Of a stretch of 37,711 nt of DNA, positions 18,918 through 29,612 are shown piece after piece; positions within the stretch are counted from its first letter, which is position 1; the number at the start of each line of letters is the position of its first letter. The notes below the pieces were generated by a model that saw nothing but the letters and a program-made list of their open reading frames with translations, ran no database searches and was not told the DNA's origin. The stretch comes from Verrucomicrobiota bacterium (GTDB lineage Bacteria; Verrucomicrobiota; Verrucomicrobiia; Verrucomicrobiales; Verrucomicrobiaceae), in assembly GCA_023428335.1 (NCBI GenBank), contig JAEYYS010000114.1, positions 1 to 37,711 of the forward strand, given 5' to 3'. The position numbers and the translations under genes are program-made.

Positions 18918-20746
18918 GAATGACTCGTAAAACGTGGATCATGTCGGGTGTGACCGTGGTGGCCGTCGCGGCGGCCGGCTATTGGCTTACACGCGGCCAG
19001 GCTGCGACCGAGGATGTGCCGACCTTCGCCGTGCAAAAGGGTCCGCTGCAGATCAATGTCCTCCAGGGCGGTGAAATCCGCGCCCTGCGCAACTTCGAGC
19101 ACAAGTCCGAAATCGAGACGCCGACCAAGATCATCAGCGTCATTCCCGAAGGCTACTATGTGACGGAGGAGGACGTCAAGGAGGGCAAGGTCCTCATTGA
19201 GCTCGACAACACCGACCTCAGATCGCGCATCCAGGATCACGAAATTCAATTCCAGACCACGGTCTCCTCCTACATCGATGCCGATGAAGGCCGTGAGATC
19301 CAGCGCAGCGAGAACCAGAGCCTGGTGCGCGACGTCAAGCAGACCTCGGTCTTCGCCCTCATGGATTTTGAAAAGTACCTCGGCCGTGAGCTCGCCTCCG
19401 AGGTGCTCACCGCCGCCGGCCTGCCCAAGGACGTGCAGGATTTCGACAAGTTTGCCGACCAACTGGAAAGCCAGGCCAATGCCCAGCTCGAAGCCGGGGC
19501 CGCCCTGCGCGCCAGCGGCGAGGTCGCCACCACGGACAAGGACGCGGAGAACAAGACGGAAACGGTCGCTGCCGCCCAGGAGGCCGCCCCCGCCGACCGC
19601 ATCGATTTCACCCCCTTCCTTGAGAAGAAGGGCAGCGGCGATGGCGAGGCCCAGCAGAAGCTGCGTCAGCTGGAGGACGAGCTGCTGCTGCGCAAGTCGG
19701 AGCTGGCGGTCTCCAAGCAGAAGGTCGAGGCCTCCGAGCGCCTCGCCGCCCGCGAGTTCATTCCGCGCACCCAGTTGGAGAACGATCAGGTCAACTTTGA
19801 GAAGGTCTCGCTCTCGGTGAAGACCGCCGAGACCCAGCTCGGGCTGTTCAAGACCTACGAGTTCTCGAAGATGTGCGCCCAGCTGCTCTCCAACTACCGC
19901 GAGAGTCTGACCAAGCTGCAGCGCACCGTGCGCGCCAACCGCTCGAAGATGGCCCAGGCCGAGACCCGCTTCCAGACGGCCAAGCGCCGCTACGAAATGG
20001 AGCTGGCCAAGAAGGACGACCTCGACCGCCAGCTCAAGGCCTGCCTGATGCGCGCCACCCAGCCGGGCCTGGTCGCCTACGGCAACCTCAACGCCAGCAG
20101 TTCCACCCGCTACAGCGAACCGATCGAGGAGGGCGCCACCGTGCGCTTCCGCCAGACCCTGCTCACCATTCCGGACATGTCGCAGATGGGCGTGCACGTG
20201 AACATCCACGAGTCCCAGGTCAAGAAGGTGCGCATCGGTCAGCCCGCGCTCATCCGCGTTGATGCGGAGCCTGGCAAGGTGCTGGAGGGCCGCGTTGCCG
20301 AACTCGCCATGCTGCCGGATTCCAGCAGCAGCCGCTACACCCCCAACCTCAAGGTCTACCCCGCCACCGTTCACATCATCGGCACCCACCCCTGGATGAA
20401 GCCGGGCATGAACGCCAAGGTCGAGATCATCGTCGACCAGCTCGCCGACGTCGTCTACGTGCCGGTGCAGTCGATCGAGGTCCAGGACGACCAGCACTTC
20501 TGCTACGTCAACGATGGCTCCGGCCTCGCCCGCCGCAGCGTCGTCACCGGCCTCTTCAACGACGAGTTCATTGAGGTCCGTGAAGGCCTGCAGTCCGGCG
20601 AACTCGTCGCCCTCGCCCTGCCCAAGAGCCTGACCCCGGAAGTCAAACCTTCGGCCGGCGGCAGCGTGCCCACCGAAACCGGCAACGACAAGCCGGCCCC
20701 CAAGGCCAAGAGCAAGGACAAGAACGTCGCCGCCGTGCGCAGTTGA
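18914..20746 (+). CDS. HlyD/MacA-like periplasmic adaptor (membrane fusion protein) with an extended helical region
   Basis: N-terminal TM helix, VKEGKVLIELD lipoyl half-motif, MRATQPGLVAY, MKPGMNAKVEI, VYVPVQSI, TGLFNDEFIEVREGLQSGE. Confidence 0.88.
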   Translation: MRMTRKTWIMSGVTVVAVAAAGYWLTRGQAATEDVPTFAVQKGPLQINVLQGGEIRALRNFEHKSEIETPTKIISVIPEGYYVTEEDVKEGKVLIELDNTDLRSRIQDHEIQFQTTVSSYIDADEGREIQRSENQSLVRDVKQTSVFALMDFEKYLGRELASEVLTAAGLPKDVQDFDKFADQLESQANAQLEAGAALRASGEVATTDKDAENKTETVAAAQEAAPADRIDFTPFLEKKGSGDGEAQQKLRQLEDELLLRKSELAVSKQKVEASERLAAREFIPRTQLENDQVNFEKVSLSVKTAETQLGLFKTYEFSKMCAQLLSNYRESLTKLQRTVRANRSKMAQAETRFQTAKRRYEMELAKKDDLDRQLKACLMRATQPGLVAYGNLNASSSTRYSEPIEEGATVRFRQTLLTIPDMSQMGVHVNIHESQVKKVRIGQPALIRVDAEPGKVLEGRVAELAMLPDSSSSRYTPNLKVYPATVHIIGTHPWMKPGMNAKVEIIVDQLADVVYVPVQSIEVQDDQHFCYVNDGSGLARRSVVTGLFNDEFIEVREGLQSGELVALALPKSLTPEVKPSAGGSVPTETGNDKPAPKAKSKDKNVAAVRS

Positions 20747-20756
20747 TCGCATCGCC

Positions 20757-21491
20757 ATGCCTGCCTCCGAGCCGATCATCCGGCTGGTCGACATCCGCAA
20801 GTCGTACCAGATGGGCGACGTCCTCAGCCAGGTGCTGCAGGGCGTCTCCTTCGACATCCATCCCGGCGAGTACGTCTGCATCATGGGCCCCTCCGGCTGC
20901 GGCAAGTCGACCCTGCTCAACGTGCTCGGCTGCCTCGATCAGCCGACCAGCGGCGACTACTTTCTCGGCGGCGAAAACGTCGCCTATCTCAACGACGACG
21001 ACCTCTCAGCGGCGCGCAATCGCAACCTCGGGTTCATCTTCCAGAGCTACAACCTCATCCAGCAGCTCACCGTGCTCGAGAACATCGCCGTGCCGATGTA
21101 CTACGGCGGCGCCGACGACGCGCGCATGATCGAGGTGGCGGAAAAACTCGCGGAACGCGTCGGCCTGTCGCACCGCAAGTACCACAAGCCGAACGAACTT
21201 TCCGGCGGCCAGCGGCAGCGTGTCGCCATCGCCCGCGCGCTCTCCAACAACCCGCTCATGATCCTCGCCGACGAGGCCACCGGCAACCTCGACTCGAAGT
21301 CGGGCCAGGAGATCCTCGCCCTCTTCGACGAGCTCAATGCCGAGGGCAAGACCCTCGTCTTTGTCACCCACGACGAACGCATGGTCGAGCGCTGCACCCG
21401 CATCATCCGCCTGCGCGACGGCGTCGTCGAAAGCGACGAACCGGGCGGCAAGCTGCTGCGCCGGCAGGCGGCCGGGCTGGCGGTGGCCTGA
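20757..21491 (+). CDS. MacB/LolD-type ABC ATPase
   Basis: [55 protein letters not shown]. Confidence 0.93.
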   Translation: MPASEPIIRLVDIRKSYQMGDVLSQVLQGVSFDIHPGEYVCIMGPSGCGKSTLLNVLGCLDQPTSGDYFLGGENVAYLNDDDLSAARNRNLGFIFQSYNLIQQLTVLENIAVPMYYGGADDARMIEVAEKLAERVGLSHRKYHKPNELSGGQRQRVAIARALSNNPLMILADEATGNLDSKSGQEILALFDELNAEGKTLVFVTHDERMVERCTRIIRLRDGVVESDEPGGKLLRRQAAGLAVA

Positions 21492-21494
21492 TTT

Positions 21495-24224
21495 TCACAC
21501 CGCCTGCAGCACCAGGCGCACGGCCTCCAACCGCAGGCGGGCGTCGGTCAGGGCCTGTTCCAGGGCGGCCTGCTGGGTGCGCAGGGCGGCGATTTCCTCG
21601 GGGCGCACATGATCGTTCAGACGCGCCAGGTCCTCGAGGCGGGCGATCTCACCGCCCAGCTGCGCGTGCGCGGCCGTCACCGCCTGCCCGGCCAGCTCCG
21701 TCAGCTCTGCTTCGGCCAGTTGGCGCGCCCGGCTGAGCATGGCGGGGAAGAGCTTGTGCTTGATGCCGGCATTCTCCAGCAGGCGCGAGGGACTGCCCTT
21801 CTCAATGCGGGCATGGCGGTAGGCGGCGTCCTCACGCCGGTCCTTCTTGGTGTGATCGACCACCACCCGCACCGGCACGGCCGGCAGAAAGCGGTCGGCA
21901 TGCAGGGTCGCCGGCGCGACGCATTCGACAACGAAGTGCGCCTCCAGCAGCAGGCCCTCGGCACCGGCGCCGCGCCAGATGCCGAAGCTGCTGTTGCCGG
22001 CCTCGCTGCCAAGCAGCAGGTCGAGCGCCGCCCGCACCATCGGATGATCCGGGGTCAGGAAACCGACGTTTTCGCGCGCCAATGCCCGCGTCCGGTCGAA
22101 GGTGACCGTCAGTCCGTCGTCGGGCAGTGAAGGGAAGGCGTCGGTGGTCAGGTTGCCGGGCAGCAGGAAGTAGGAACGGTTCCCGAGTTCCTCGACGTGC
22201 ATGCCGAAGTGGTCGACGAGACGGATGAAGAACTCCTCGAAATCGGTGTCGGCATCCTGGGCGCGCACGGCCTCGATGGCCGCGTCGGCCGCCTCCGGCC
22301 GGTGCGAGTTGAGTTCCAGCAGGCGGTCGTGGCCGCGTTCGAGTTTCTGCACGACGCGCCCGCGCAGTTCGCGGGAGTCGCGCAGGAAGTCGTTCAAATC
22401 CGCGGCGTCGGGCTGCGCGAGCAGGGCCTGCAACCGCGGCCGCAGGGCCTGGGCGATCTCGGTGGCGCCGTGCAGGTTTTCCTCGAAGGCACCGAGGCCC
22501 TCGTGATACCAGCGCGCCAGCACCGCCTCGGCGCTGTTCTGCAGGTGGGGCACATGGATCTGGATGGTCGACGTCTGGCCGATGCGGTCGAGGCGGCCGA
22601 TGCGCTGCTCGAGCAGTTCGGGATCCTCTGGCAGGTCGAACAGCACCAAGTGATGGGCGAACTGGAAGTTGCGGCCCTCGCTGCCGATCTCGGAGCTGAT
22701 CAGCACGCGCGCGCCCTCCGCCTCGGCAAACCACGCCGCCTGGCGGTCGCGCTGCAGCAGGGTCAGGCCCTCGTGGAAGAGCGCCGCGCTCTGCGCGGTT
22801 TCGTGCAGCAGCCGCTCCTGAATGGCTTCGGCGCGGGCGCGACTCGAGCAGATGAGCAGCACCTTGGCCTCGCCCAGTTCACGCAACAGACCGGCCAGCC
22901 ACTTGACCTTGGTCTCGATCTCCTCGCCGTCCGCCGCCAGCGGCGCGAGACAGGCGCGGCGCTCGGGGAAGCCGCCGAGCGCGGCGCGGGTGTTGCGGAA
23001 CATCACCCGGCCGGTGCCGAATTCATCGAGCAGGGCCGCCGCCAGACGGTCGCGCGCGCCCTCGGCGCCGGCCTTCACCTCGGCCAGTCGCTCGCGCAGG
23101 TGCGGCGACTTGCGCATGAACAGTTTTTCATCGGCGGCGCTCGGCTTTTTGCCGGTGAGCAGGCGGTCGAGCGCGCGCGCCAGTTCCTCGTAATGCTCCG
23201 CTTCGGCGAGGAAGGCGCCCAGGTCGGCGTAGCGGTTCGGATCGAGCAGGCGCAGGCGGGCAAAGTGACCCTCGGGACCGAGCTGCTGCGGGGTGGCGGT
23301 GAGCAGCAGCAGGCCGGGCACACGCGCAGCCAGAGCCTCAACGAGAGCGTAGGCCGGACTGGCGGTCTGCGGATTCCATTCCAGGTGGTGGGCCTCGTCG
23401 ACGATGAGCAGATCCCAGCCTGCCTCGGCGGCTTGGCGGGCGCGCTCGGGCGAGCCGGCGAGGAAGCCGGTGCCGCAGATCACCAGCTGGCTGTCGAGGA
23501 AGGGATTGCCGTTCTCCTCGTTGGTTTCGATCGAGTCGCAGCGCGCCTCGTCGAACAGGGCGAAGAGCAGGTGGAACCGGCGGAACAGTTCGACGAACCA
23601 CTGGTTCACCAGCGGCTCGGGCACCAGGATCAGCACTCGCTCGGCGCGGCCGGTCAGGTGCAGCCGGTGCAGGATCAGGCAGGCCTCGATCGTCTTGCCC
23701 AGGCCGACCTCATCGGCCAGCAGCACGCGCGGCAGCAGCCGGCCGGCCACTTCGGCGGCGATGAACATCTGGTGCGAGAGCAAGTCGACCCGGCCGCCGC
23801 AGAAACCGCGCACCGGCGACTGCCGGAAGCCGGCGCGCCGCTGCAGGGCCTCGACGCGCAGGTCGAAGGCGCGCCCCTCATCGATCTGGCCCGCCAGCAG
23901 GCGGTCCTCGGGCTTGCTGAAGCTGATCGTGTCGGACAGCTCCGCCTCGCTGGCCGTGCGGCCCTTGCCGAGGTAGTGCAGCAGGCCGCGGCGGTCCTCG
24001 ACCGCGGTGATTTCCAGGCTGCTGCCGTCGTGCAGCTTGACGCTGTCGCCCGGCTGGTAGCGCACGCGCCGCAGCGGTGCCGACTTCATGGCGAACTGCC
24101 GGTGCTCGTTGGCGGCGGGGAAAAAGATTTCGACGCGGCCGAATTCGGCCTTCATGACCACGCCGAGGCCGAGCTCAGGCTCACTGTCGCTGACCCAGCG
24201 TTGTCCGGGGAGGGGGGCTTCCAT
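21495..24224 (-). CDS. rapA: RNA polymerase-associated SNF2 ATPase RapA (HepA)
   Basis: [84 protein letters not shown]. Confidence 0.96.
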   Translation of the reverse strand: MEAPLPGQRWVSDSEPELGLGVVMKAEFGRVEIFFPAANEHRQFAMKSAPLRRVRYQPGDSVKLHDGSSLEITAVEDRRGLLHYLGKGRTASEAELSDTISFSKPEDRLLAGQIDEGRAFDLRVEALQRRAGFRQSPVRGFCGGRVDLLSHQMFIAAEVAGRLLPRVLLADEVGLGKTIEACLILHRLHLTGRAERVLILVPEPLVNQWFVELFRRFHLLFALFDEARCDSIETNEENGNPFLDSQLVICGTGFLAGSPERARQAAEAGWDLLIVDEAHHLEWNPQTASPAYALVEALAARVPGLLLLTATPQQLGPEGHFARLRLLDPNRYADLGAFLAEAEHYEELARALDRLLTGKKPSAADEKLFMRKSPHLRERLAEVKAGAEGARDRLAAALLDEFGTGRVMFRNTRAALGGFPERRACLAPLAADGEEIETKVKWLAGLLRELGEAKVLLICSSRARAEAIQERLLHETAQSAALFHEGLTLLQRDRQAAWFAEAEGARVLISSEIGSEGRNFQFAHHLVLFDLPEDPELLEQRIGRLDRIGQTSTIQIHVPHLQNSAEAVLARWYHEGLGAFEENLHGATEIAQALRPRLQALLAQPDAADLNDFLRDSRELRGRVVQKLERGHDRLLELNSHRPEAADAAIEAVRAQDADTDFEEFFIRLVDHFGMHVEELGNRSYFLLPGNLTTDAFPSLPDDGLTVTFDRTRALARENVGFLTPDHPMVRAALDLLLGSEAGNSSFGIWRGAGAEGLLLEAHFVVECVAPATLHADRFLPAVPVRVVVDHTKKDRREDAAYRHARIEKGSPSRLLENAGIKHKLFPAMLSRARQLAEAELTELAGQAVTAAHAQLGGEIARLEDLARLNDHVRPEEIAALRTQQAALEQALTDARLRLEAVRLVLQAV

Positions 24225-24278
24225 TGCAAAAAGGGGGCGTACAGCATAGGGCCGTGCGCCGGCTCTGCAAGCGGCATT

Positions 24279-24329
24279 GGGAAGCGGGATGAGGGATCAG
24301 GGAAAAGGGAAAAGGGATCAGGGAAAAGG
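24279..24329 (+). repeat. heptamer tandem repeat (GGGAnnn x7)
   Basis: GGGAAGC GGGATGA GGGATCA GGGAAAA GGGAAAA GGGATCA GGGAAAA GG in the intergenic region upstream of rapA. Confidence 0.85.
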
Positions 24330-24366
24330 CCTGGCGGCCGGGACGGTTTCAGCCTGCCGGGACGCT

Positions 24367-25284
24367 TCACGCCCGGAAAAACACCTTTTCCGCCGTCTTG
24401 CGCAGCATCCAGTCGCGGTCGTCGGCGCTGAGAAAATCGAGGCGGTCGCGGACGAGGGCGATGCTGTCGCGGTAGCTGTGGCCGGGTCCGACCTGGAAGG
24501 GGCAGTCGCTGGCCCACATGAGGCGCTCGGCGCCGAAGTGGTCGCGGCAGGTGCGGATCATCGGTCCAAGGTCGGTGTAGGGCGGCTGCTTCTTGCCGAG
24601 CGCGTAGAAGGCCGAGGTCTTGACATGCACCTGCGAGTGCTTCGACAGGTGCAGCAGGCGGTCGAGCGGTCCGCGTTCAACGGGACCGGCCATGCCGAGG
24701 CGGGCGAAGTGGTCGATCACCACCGGCGTGCGCGGGAAGCGGTCGCACATCCGGTTCACGGCGGCCAGGGCCTCGGGATTGATGAGCAGGCAGACGTTGA
24801 GATTTTCATCGGCTGCCACCTTCCAGAGTTCGGCCATGCCGGCCGAGCCGAGCCAGGCATCGACGTTCGTGCCGCTGGTGTAGATGCGGAAACCGCGCAC
24901 GCCCTGGCGGGCGAGGTCGCGCATGCGGGCGCGCAGGCCGGCGGCGTGTTCATCGACGATGGCCACGCCGGAAAACACCCCGGGATGGGCGGCGATGCCG
25001 TCGAGCATGTAGCGGTTGTCGAAGCGGTAGTAGCTCATCTGGATGAGCACGATGCGCGACACCCCCTCGGGGCGGCAGTGGGCGAACAACTCCGCCGGGG
25101 TGAAGCTCGCCGGCTGCATGTCGGACTTTTGAAAGCCCTCGGCCAGCGGGTAGCGGTCGGTGTCCGGGGTCCAGACATGGACGTGGGCATCGATCGCGCC
25201 GGCGCGCGTCAGGGTGCTGCACTGGCTGAGACCGCCGACGGCGGTGGCGGCGGACAGATGGAGGAAGCGGCGGCGCGTGGTCAT
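24367..25284 (-). CDS. amidohydrolase-2 family metal-dependent hydrolase, probably Tat-exported
   Basis: TRRRFLHL Tat motif, IDAHVHVW, VIDHF, FGAERLMWASDCP. Confidence 0.88.
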   Translation of the reverse strand: MTTRRRFLHLSAATAVGGLSQCSTLTRAGAIDAHVHVWTPDTDRYPLAEGFQKSDMQPASFTPAELFAHCRPEGVSRIVLIQMSYYRFDNRYMLDGIAAHPGVFSGVAIVDEHAAGLRARMRDLARQGVRGFRIYTSGTNVDAWLGSAGMAELWKVAADENLNVCLLINPEALAAVNRMCDRFPRTPVVIDHFARLGMAGPVERGPLDRLLHLSKHSQVHVKTSAFYALGKKQPPYTDLGPMIRTCRDHFGAERLMWASDCPFQVGPGHSYRDSIALVRDRLDFLSADDRDWMLRKTAEKVFFRA

Positions 25285-25337
25285 GGCAGGCAGGGGTTAC
25301 GGCGGCGCCTTGGTGAATCTTTGCAGGAAGCAAACAG

Positions 25338-25493
25338 GAATATCCAATGCTCAACAAGGAAGTCAGAAGGCCCAAGGGGCCTGCGCCGCTCCTTCGGACT
25401 TGGACATTGCTTGTCGGGCATTGGATCTTCGGGATCGAACCTGGATCGGCCGTCCACTCCGACCCCAGCGGTTGCAAACCGCCGCCACTTTTG
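25338..25493. repeat. intergenic REP-like modules (inverted doublet plus a short hairpin)
   Basis: GAATATCCAATGCTCAACAAGGAAG.. pairs imperfectly with ..CTTGGACATTGCTTGTCGGGCATTGGATCTTC. CAGCGGTTGCAAACCGCCGCCAC lies at about 25467-25489. The same modules recur in the 28-30 kb composite repeats. Confidence 0.7.
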
Positions 25494-25533
25494 GAATGGC
25501 GGTCCGCCGCAGCGACCCCTAGACTGCAGCACT

Positions 25534-26133
25534 ATGGCAACCTCCATGATTGTTCTGCTGTCGTTGGCCGGCATCGCCGTCCTGCTCGTGCTCTGGGTGA
25601 TCGGCCAGTACAACGGCCTCGTGCGCGGGCGCAACGCCTTCCGCAACGCCTTTGCGCAAATCGATGTCCAGCTCAAGCGTCGCTACGACCTGATCCCGAA
25701 CCTGGTCGAGACCGCCAAGGCCTACCTCAAGCACGAGCGCGAGACGCTGGAGGCGGTCATTGCCGCGCGCAACCAGGCCGCCGGTGCCTGCGCGGCCGCC
25801 GCGGCCAATCCCGGCTCCCCCGCCGCCATGGCGGCGCTGGCCCAGGCGGAGAGCGGTCTCGGCGGCGTGCTCGGTCGCCTGTTCGCCGTTTCCGAAGCCT
25901 ATCCGGAGCTGAAGGCGAATCAGACGATGATGCAGCTCACCGAGGAACTGACCAGCACCGAGAACCGCATCGCCTTCGCCCGTCAGGCCTACAACGATTC
26001 GGTCATGAGCTTCAACAATGCCCGCGAGGTCTTCCCGGCCAACCTGGTCGCCGGCCTCTTCCAGTTCGCCGCCGCCAGCCTGTTTGAGGTGACCCGCGAA
26101 GGCGAGCGCGAGGCGGTCAAAGTCCAGTTCTGA
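25534..26133 (+). CDS. lemA: LemA family protein
   Basis: N-terminal TM helix, YNGLV..NAFAQIDVQLKRRYDLIPNLVETAKAY, EAYPELKAN, ELTSTENRIAFARQAYN, FPANLVA. Confidence 0.96.
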   Translation: MATSMIVLLSLAGIAVLLVLWVIGQYNGLVRGRNAFRNAFAQIDVQLKRRYDLIPNLVETAKAYLKHERETLEAVIAARNQAAGACAAAAANPGSPAAMAALAQAESGLGGVLGRLFAVSEAYPELKANQTMMQLTEELTSTENRIAFARQAYNDSVMSFNNAREVFPANLVAGLFQFAAASLFEVTREGEREAVKVQF

Positions 26134-26170
26134 GCCGTTGGCTGAGTCGATTCCCGACGCTTCGAGTGCG

Positions 26171-28069
26171 ATGGACTTCTTTGCCGCGCAGCAACAGGCC
26201 CTGAAGCGCAGCCGTTGGCTGGTGGTCGGTTTCGCGCTGTGCGTGCTCGGTGTCATCGCCAGCGCCTTTGCCGTGGCGGTGCTGCTCAAGCCCGTGCTCT
26301 TCGACTCCGGCACCGCCACGCCGGTCCTGCGGGGCGTGGCCTCCCCCTGGTGGGATCCGCACCTGCTCGGCTGGGTGGCCGCCACGGTCGGCGGCACCAT
26401 CACCCTCGGCAGCGCCTACAAGCAGGTGCGCCTCGCCGGCGGCGGCAGCGTCGTCGCCCGCGACCTGGGCGGTCGCCCGGTCTCGCCGGGCACGACCGAT
26501 CCCCTGGAGCGCCGCCTGCTCAACGTGGTCGAGGAGATGGCCATCGCTTCGGGGGTGAGTGTGCCGGAGGTGTGGGTGCTCGAGGACGAAGCCGGCATCA
26601 ATGCCTTTGCCGCCGGTACCGATCCGGCCAACGCGGTGATCGGCGTCACCCGTGGCTGCCTGGAACAGCTCACGCGCGCCGAGCTGCAGGGCGTCGTCGC
26701 CCACGAGTTCTCCCACATCGTCAACGGTGACATGCGCCTCAACCAGCGGCTCATCGGCTGGGTGTTCGGCCTGATCATGGTGGCCACGGCGGGGCGACTC
26801 ATCCTTGAATCGCTGCGCCACGTGCGCGTTCGCTCGTCGCGCGACTCCCGCGGCGCGGGCGGGCTCGTGCTGGCCCTGCTCGTGGCCGGTCTGGCCCTCT
26901 GGTTGATCGGCTCGATCGGCACCTTCTTCGCCCGCCTGCTGCAGGCGGCGGTGTCGCGCGAGCGCGAGTTCCTCGCGGATGCCGCGGCGGTGCAGTTCAC
27001 CCGCGAGCCCTCCGGCATCGCCGGCGCCCTGAAAAAGATCGGCGGCCACTCGGCCCATGGCGTTCTGCACCACGGTCAGGCGGGCGAGGCCCGGCACCTG
27101 TTTTTTGTCGCCAGCGACTTCCTCCGCCTGGGGCTGGCCACGCATCCGCCCCTGCCGGAGCGCATCCGGCGCCTGGAGCCGTCGTGGAACGGCGTCATGC
27201 TGCAGCCGGTCAGGCGCGGCACCGCGGAGGAGACGATCCGGCCGCTCGCGCCGGCGCCGCCCGTGCTGCCCCTGGTGAAAACCCTGGGTTTCACCGAACG
27301 CATCGATCCGGCCGTCGGCAGCGCGGTGCGCGAGCTGCTGCAGGCCGAACAAAAGCGCCTCGCCTCCCGCGCGGACGCCCAGGCCCTGCTCTTCGGTCTG
27401 CTCATCGGCCGCGATGAGGCAGCCTGCCAGGGCGCCCTGGTCCGGCTCGCTGAACACGGCGGCGACACCCTTGTGCAGCAGGCGCTCGACTGGAGCCGGC
27501 GCCTGCGCGGGCGTCGCTCCCTCGAAAAACTCGCCCTCCTGGATCTGGCCCTGCCCTGGTTGCGTCATCTGGGTCGCGAGGGCGCCCGCGAGTTCATCGA
27601 GCTGACCCGCGCCTTCATCGCCGCCGACGGCCAGCTCGATGCCTTCGAGTTCATGCTGCAGAAGGTGATCGAGCGCCAGGTCGCGGTCGGCGCGGGGTTG
27701 CGTCCCCTGGTGCCGGTGCGCCATGCCTCGCTGCGCTCGGTGCATGCCGAGGCGGCGACCCTGCTTCAGGCCTTCGCCCAGGTGTCGGGCCATCCCGAGG
27801 CCCTGAGCGCCGCGGCCGCAGAGTTTCAGCAGCACACCGGACAGCCGTTGCCGCCCGCGCCCGCAACCTTGCTGCCTCTGGCAGAAGTGGCCGCCGCCCT
27901 CAAGGAACTCGAGGCCGCCACCCCGATGGTCAAGAGCGCCCTGCTGCGCCTCGGCGTGCGCATCGCCCTTCATGATGGGCATCTCAACGACGAGGAACTG
28001 GAACTGCTGCGCGCCACCGCCGAAGCCATCGGCGCCCCCGTCCCGCCGCTCGCCCGCGTGATTCGGTGA
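26171..28069 (+). CDS. M48 (HtpX-like) membrane zinc metalloprotease with a C-terminal extension
   Basis: LLNVVEEMAIASG, INAFAAG, VVAHEFSHI (HExxH), SREREFLADA, ATHPPLPERI; the usual lemA partner. Confidence 0.92.
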   Translation: MDFFAAQQQALKRSRWLVVGFALCVLGVIASAFAVAVLLKPVLFDSGTATPVLRGVASPWWDPHLLGWVAATVGGTITLGSAYKQVRLAGGGSVVARDLGGRPVSPGTTDPLERRLLNVVEEMAIASGVSVPEVWVLEDEAGINAFAAGTDPANAVIGVTRGCLEQLTRAELQGVVAHEFSHIVNGDMRLNQRLIGWVFGLIMVATAGRLILESLRHVRVRSSRDSRGAGGLVLALLVAGLALWLIGSIGTFFARLLQAAVSREREFLADAAAVQFTREPSGIAGALKKIGGHSAHGVLHHGQAGEARHLFFVASDFLRLGLATHPPLPERIRRLEPSWNGVMLQPVRRGTAEETIRPLAPAPPVLPLVKTLGFTERIDPAVGSAVRELLQAEQKRLASRADAQALLFGLLIGRDEAACQGALVRLAEHGGDTLVQQALDWSRRLRGRRSLEKLALLDLALPWLRHLGREGAREFIELTRAFIAADGQLDAFEFMLQKVIERQVAVGAGLRPLVPVRHASLRSVHAEAATLLQAFAQVSGHPEALSAAAAEFQQHTGQPLPPAPATLLPLAEVAAALKELEAATPMVKSALLRLGVRIALHDGHLNDEELELLRATAEAIGAPVPPLARVIR

Positions 28070-28080
28070 GGTGGGTGGAG

Positions 28081-28461
28081 GGGGCCTACGGAAGACACGG
28101 AAAGCCCGGAAGGGCAGGGAGGCAGAGGTGGCAGTCGGGAGGCTTCACCGGCTAGGGCGGAGCGGAAGTTTTGAACCGAAAACCCCGAAAAGGAAGAGTC
28201 CGCAGATTTCGCAGATTTTCAGAGGTGAACCCAGCGGCGCGTAGTGCACCGCCTAGGCGCATGGAGTGACGAGCGACTCCCTGCCAAATTGGACATTCCT
28301 TGTTCGATATTGGCTATTCCAGATTGGACGGATCGGAAGTTTCGAACCGCTGATGGGACGCTGATGCGGAAGGGGAGGGGCGGCTCCCGTAGCGGAAAGT
28401 GTCCGGCTTCCCGGACTTGGGGGGCGTGGCGCACCGTCTAAACCCTGCGGTTGGAAACCGC
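28081..28461 (+). repeat. composite intergenic repeat R, copy 1 (~380 bp)
   Basis: Colinear with 29177-29556 through GGGCCTACGG, ACCCCGAAAAGGAAGAG, CGCAGATTTTCAGAGGTGAACCCAGCGGCGCG, TTGGACATTCCTTGTTCGATATTGGCTATTCCAGAT, AACCGCTGATGGGACGCTGAT, GGCTCCCGTAGCGGAA and CTGCGGTTG.AAACCGC. Confidence 0.92.
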
Positions 28462-28470
28462 TATCGTTTG

Positions 28471-28496
28471 CATAAAAGCATATTGATGCTTTTATG
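28471..28496. promoter_or_regulatory. palindromic operator upstream of vapBC
   Basis: Perfect 11-bp inverted repeat CATAAAAGCAT-ATTG-ATGCTTTTATG, AT-rich, 4 nt before the antitoxin ATG; typical position for TA autorepression. Confidence 0.75.
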
Positions 28497-28500
28497 TTTC

Positions 28501-28755
28501 ATGAGGACGACCTTGGATCTACCAGATGAGCTCTTTCGCCAGCTCAAGGCGGAGGCGGGTTTGAGTGGTCGCAAGCTGAAGGACCTCGTCACGGAATTCA
28601 TTGAGCGCGGCCTGGCAGCCCGGTCGGCCACGCCCGCACGGTCGCGCAGTCCCTTGCCGATGGTGCGACCTCCCACGGGCAGGCCGCACCCGGCCCTGAG
28701 CAACGCCGAGTTGGAGAGCCTGCTCACCTTGGAGGATTCCCATGCCGGCTCGTGA
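28501..28755 (+). CDS. vapB: RHH-type antitoxin (VapB-like)
   Basis: MRTTLDLPDELFRQLKAEA..LKDLVTEFIERGL ribbon-helix-helix N-terminus; overlaps the PIN toxin gene. Confidence 0.85.
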   Translation: MRTTLDLPDELFRQLKAEAGLSGRKLKDLVTEFIERGLAARSATPARSRSPLPMVRPPTGRPHPALSNAELESLLTLEDSHAGS

Positions 28756-29176
28756 CCTGCCCGATCTGAATGTCTGGCTGGCCTTGGTCGATGCTGACCA
28801 TCAGCACCACGCCCGTGCCCGCCACTACTGGCAAACCGAGGCGGCGGAGCTGGTGGCCTTTTGCCGCGTTTCCATGCTCGGGCTGCTGCGCCTGCTCAGC
28901 CATGCCAAGGTCATGCGCGGTGCTCCCTTCACCCCCGCGCAAGCCTGGCAAGCCTATGAGGCCTTTCGCGCCCTGCCCGAAGTCACCTTTCTGGCGGAGC
29001 ACCCACGGCTGGAGTCACAGTTCCGAGCCTGGACCGATCGACCCGACTTCCCCCCGCATCGCTGGACGGATGCCTGGCTGGCTGCCCTCGCCGCCACCAC
29101 CGGCAGCCGCCTCGTCTCCTTCGACAGCGATTTCCACAGCTTCCCCGGTCTCGCTTTTCTCCATCTCGCGGCTTGA
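28742..29176 (+). CDS. vapC: PIN-domain toxin (VapC)
   Basis: LPDLNVWLAL..HQHH, WTDAWLAALA, LVSFDSDF: conserved PIN acidic residues. Confidence 0.92.
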   Translation: MPARDLPDLNVWLALVDADHQHHARARHYWQTEAAELVAFCRVSMLGLLRLLSHAKVMRGAPFTPAQAWQAYEAFRALPEVTFLAEHPRLESQFRAWTDRPDFPPHRWTDAWLAALAATTGSRLVSFDSDFHSFPGLAFLHLAA

Positions 29177-29562
29177 GGGCCTACGGTACAGACGGAAAAC
29201 CCGGAAGGGTTGGGAAGCTGTCGCGGAAGTCATGAGACCTCTCCGACTTGAAAAACGCAGAGGTTTTCAACCGCTGACCCCGAAAAGGAAGAGTTCGCAG
29301 ATTTTCAGAGGTGAACCCAGCGGCGCGGAGTGTACCGCTTGGACGCGTGGAACGACTAGTGACTCCCTTCGAACTTGGACATTCCTTGTTCGATATTGGC
29401 TATTCCAGATCGGACGGGTCGGAGGTTTGGAACCGCTGATGGGACGCTGATGGGACGCTGATGCGGAAGGGGAGGATCGGCTCCCGTAGCGGAAGTTGTC
29501 CGACTTTCCGGACTTGGGGGCGTGTTCTTCCGTCCGAATCCTGCGGTTGAAACCGCAGCCAC
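29177..29562 (+). repeat. composite intergenic repeat R, copy 2
   Basis: Starts immediately after the vapC stop and has the same module order as copy 1, ending CTGCGGTTGAAACCGCAGCCAC. Confidence 0.92.
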
Positions 29563-29612
29563 GTTGAAGATTCCACCTCGCCGCGCTCCACGCGACGGAG
29601 TAATCTGCCGCC

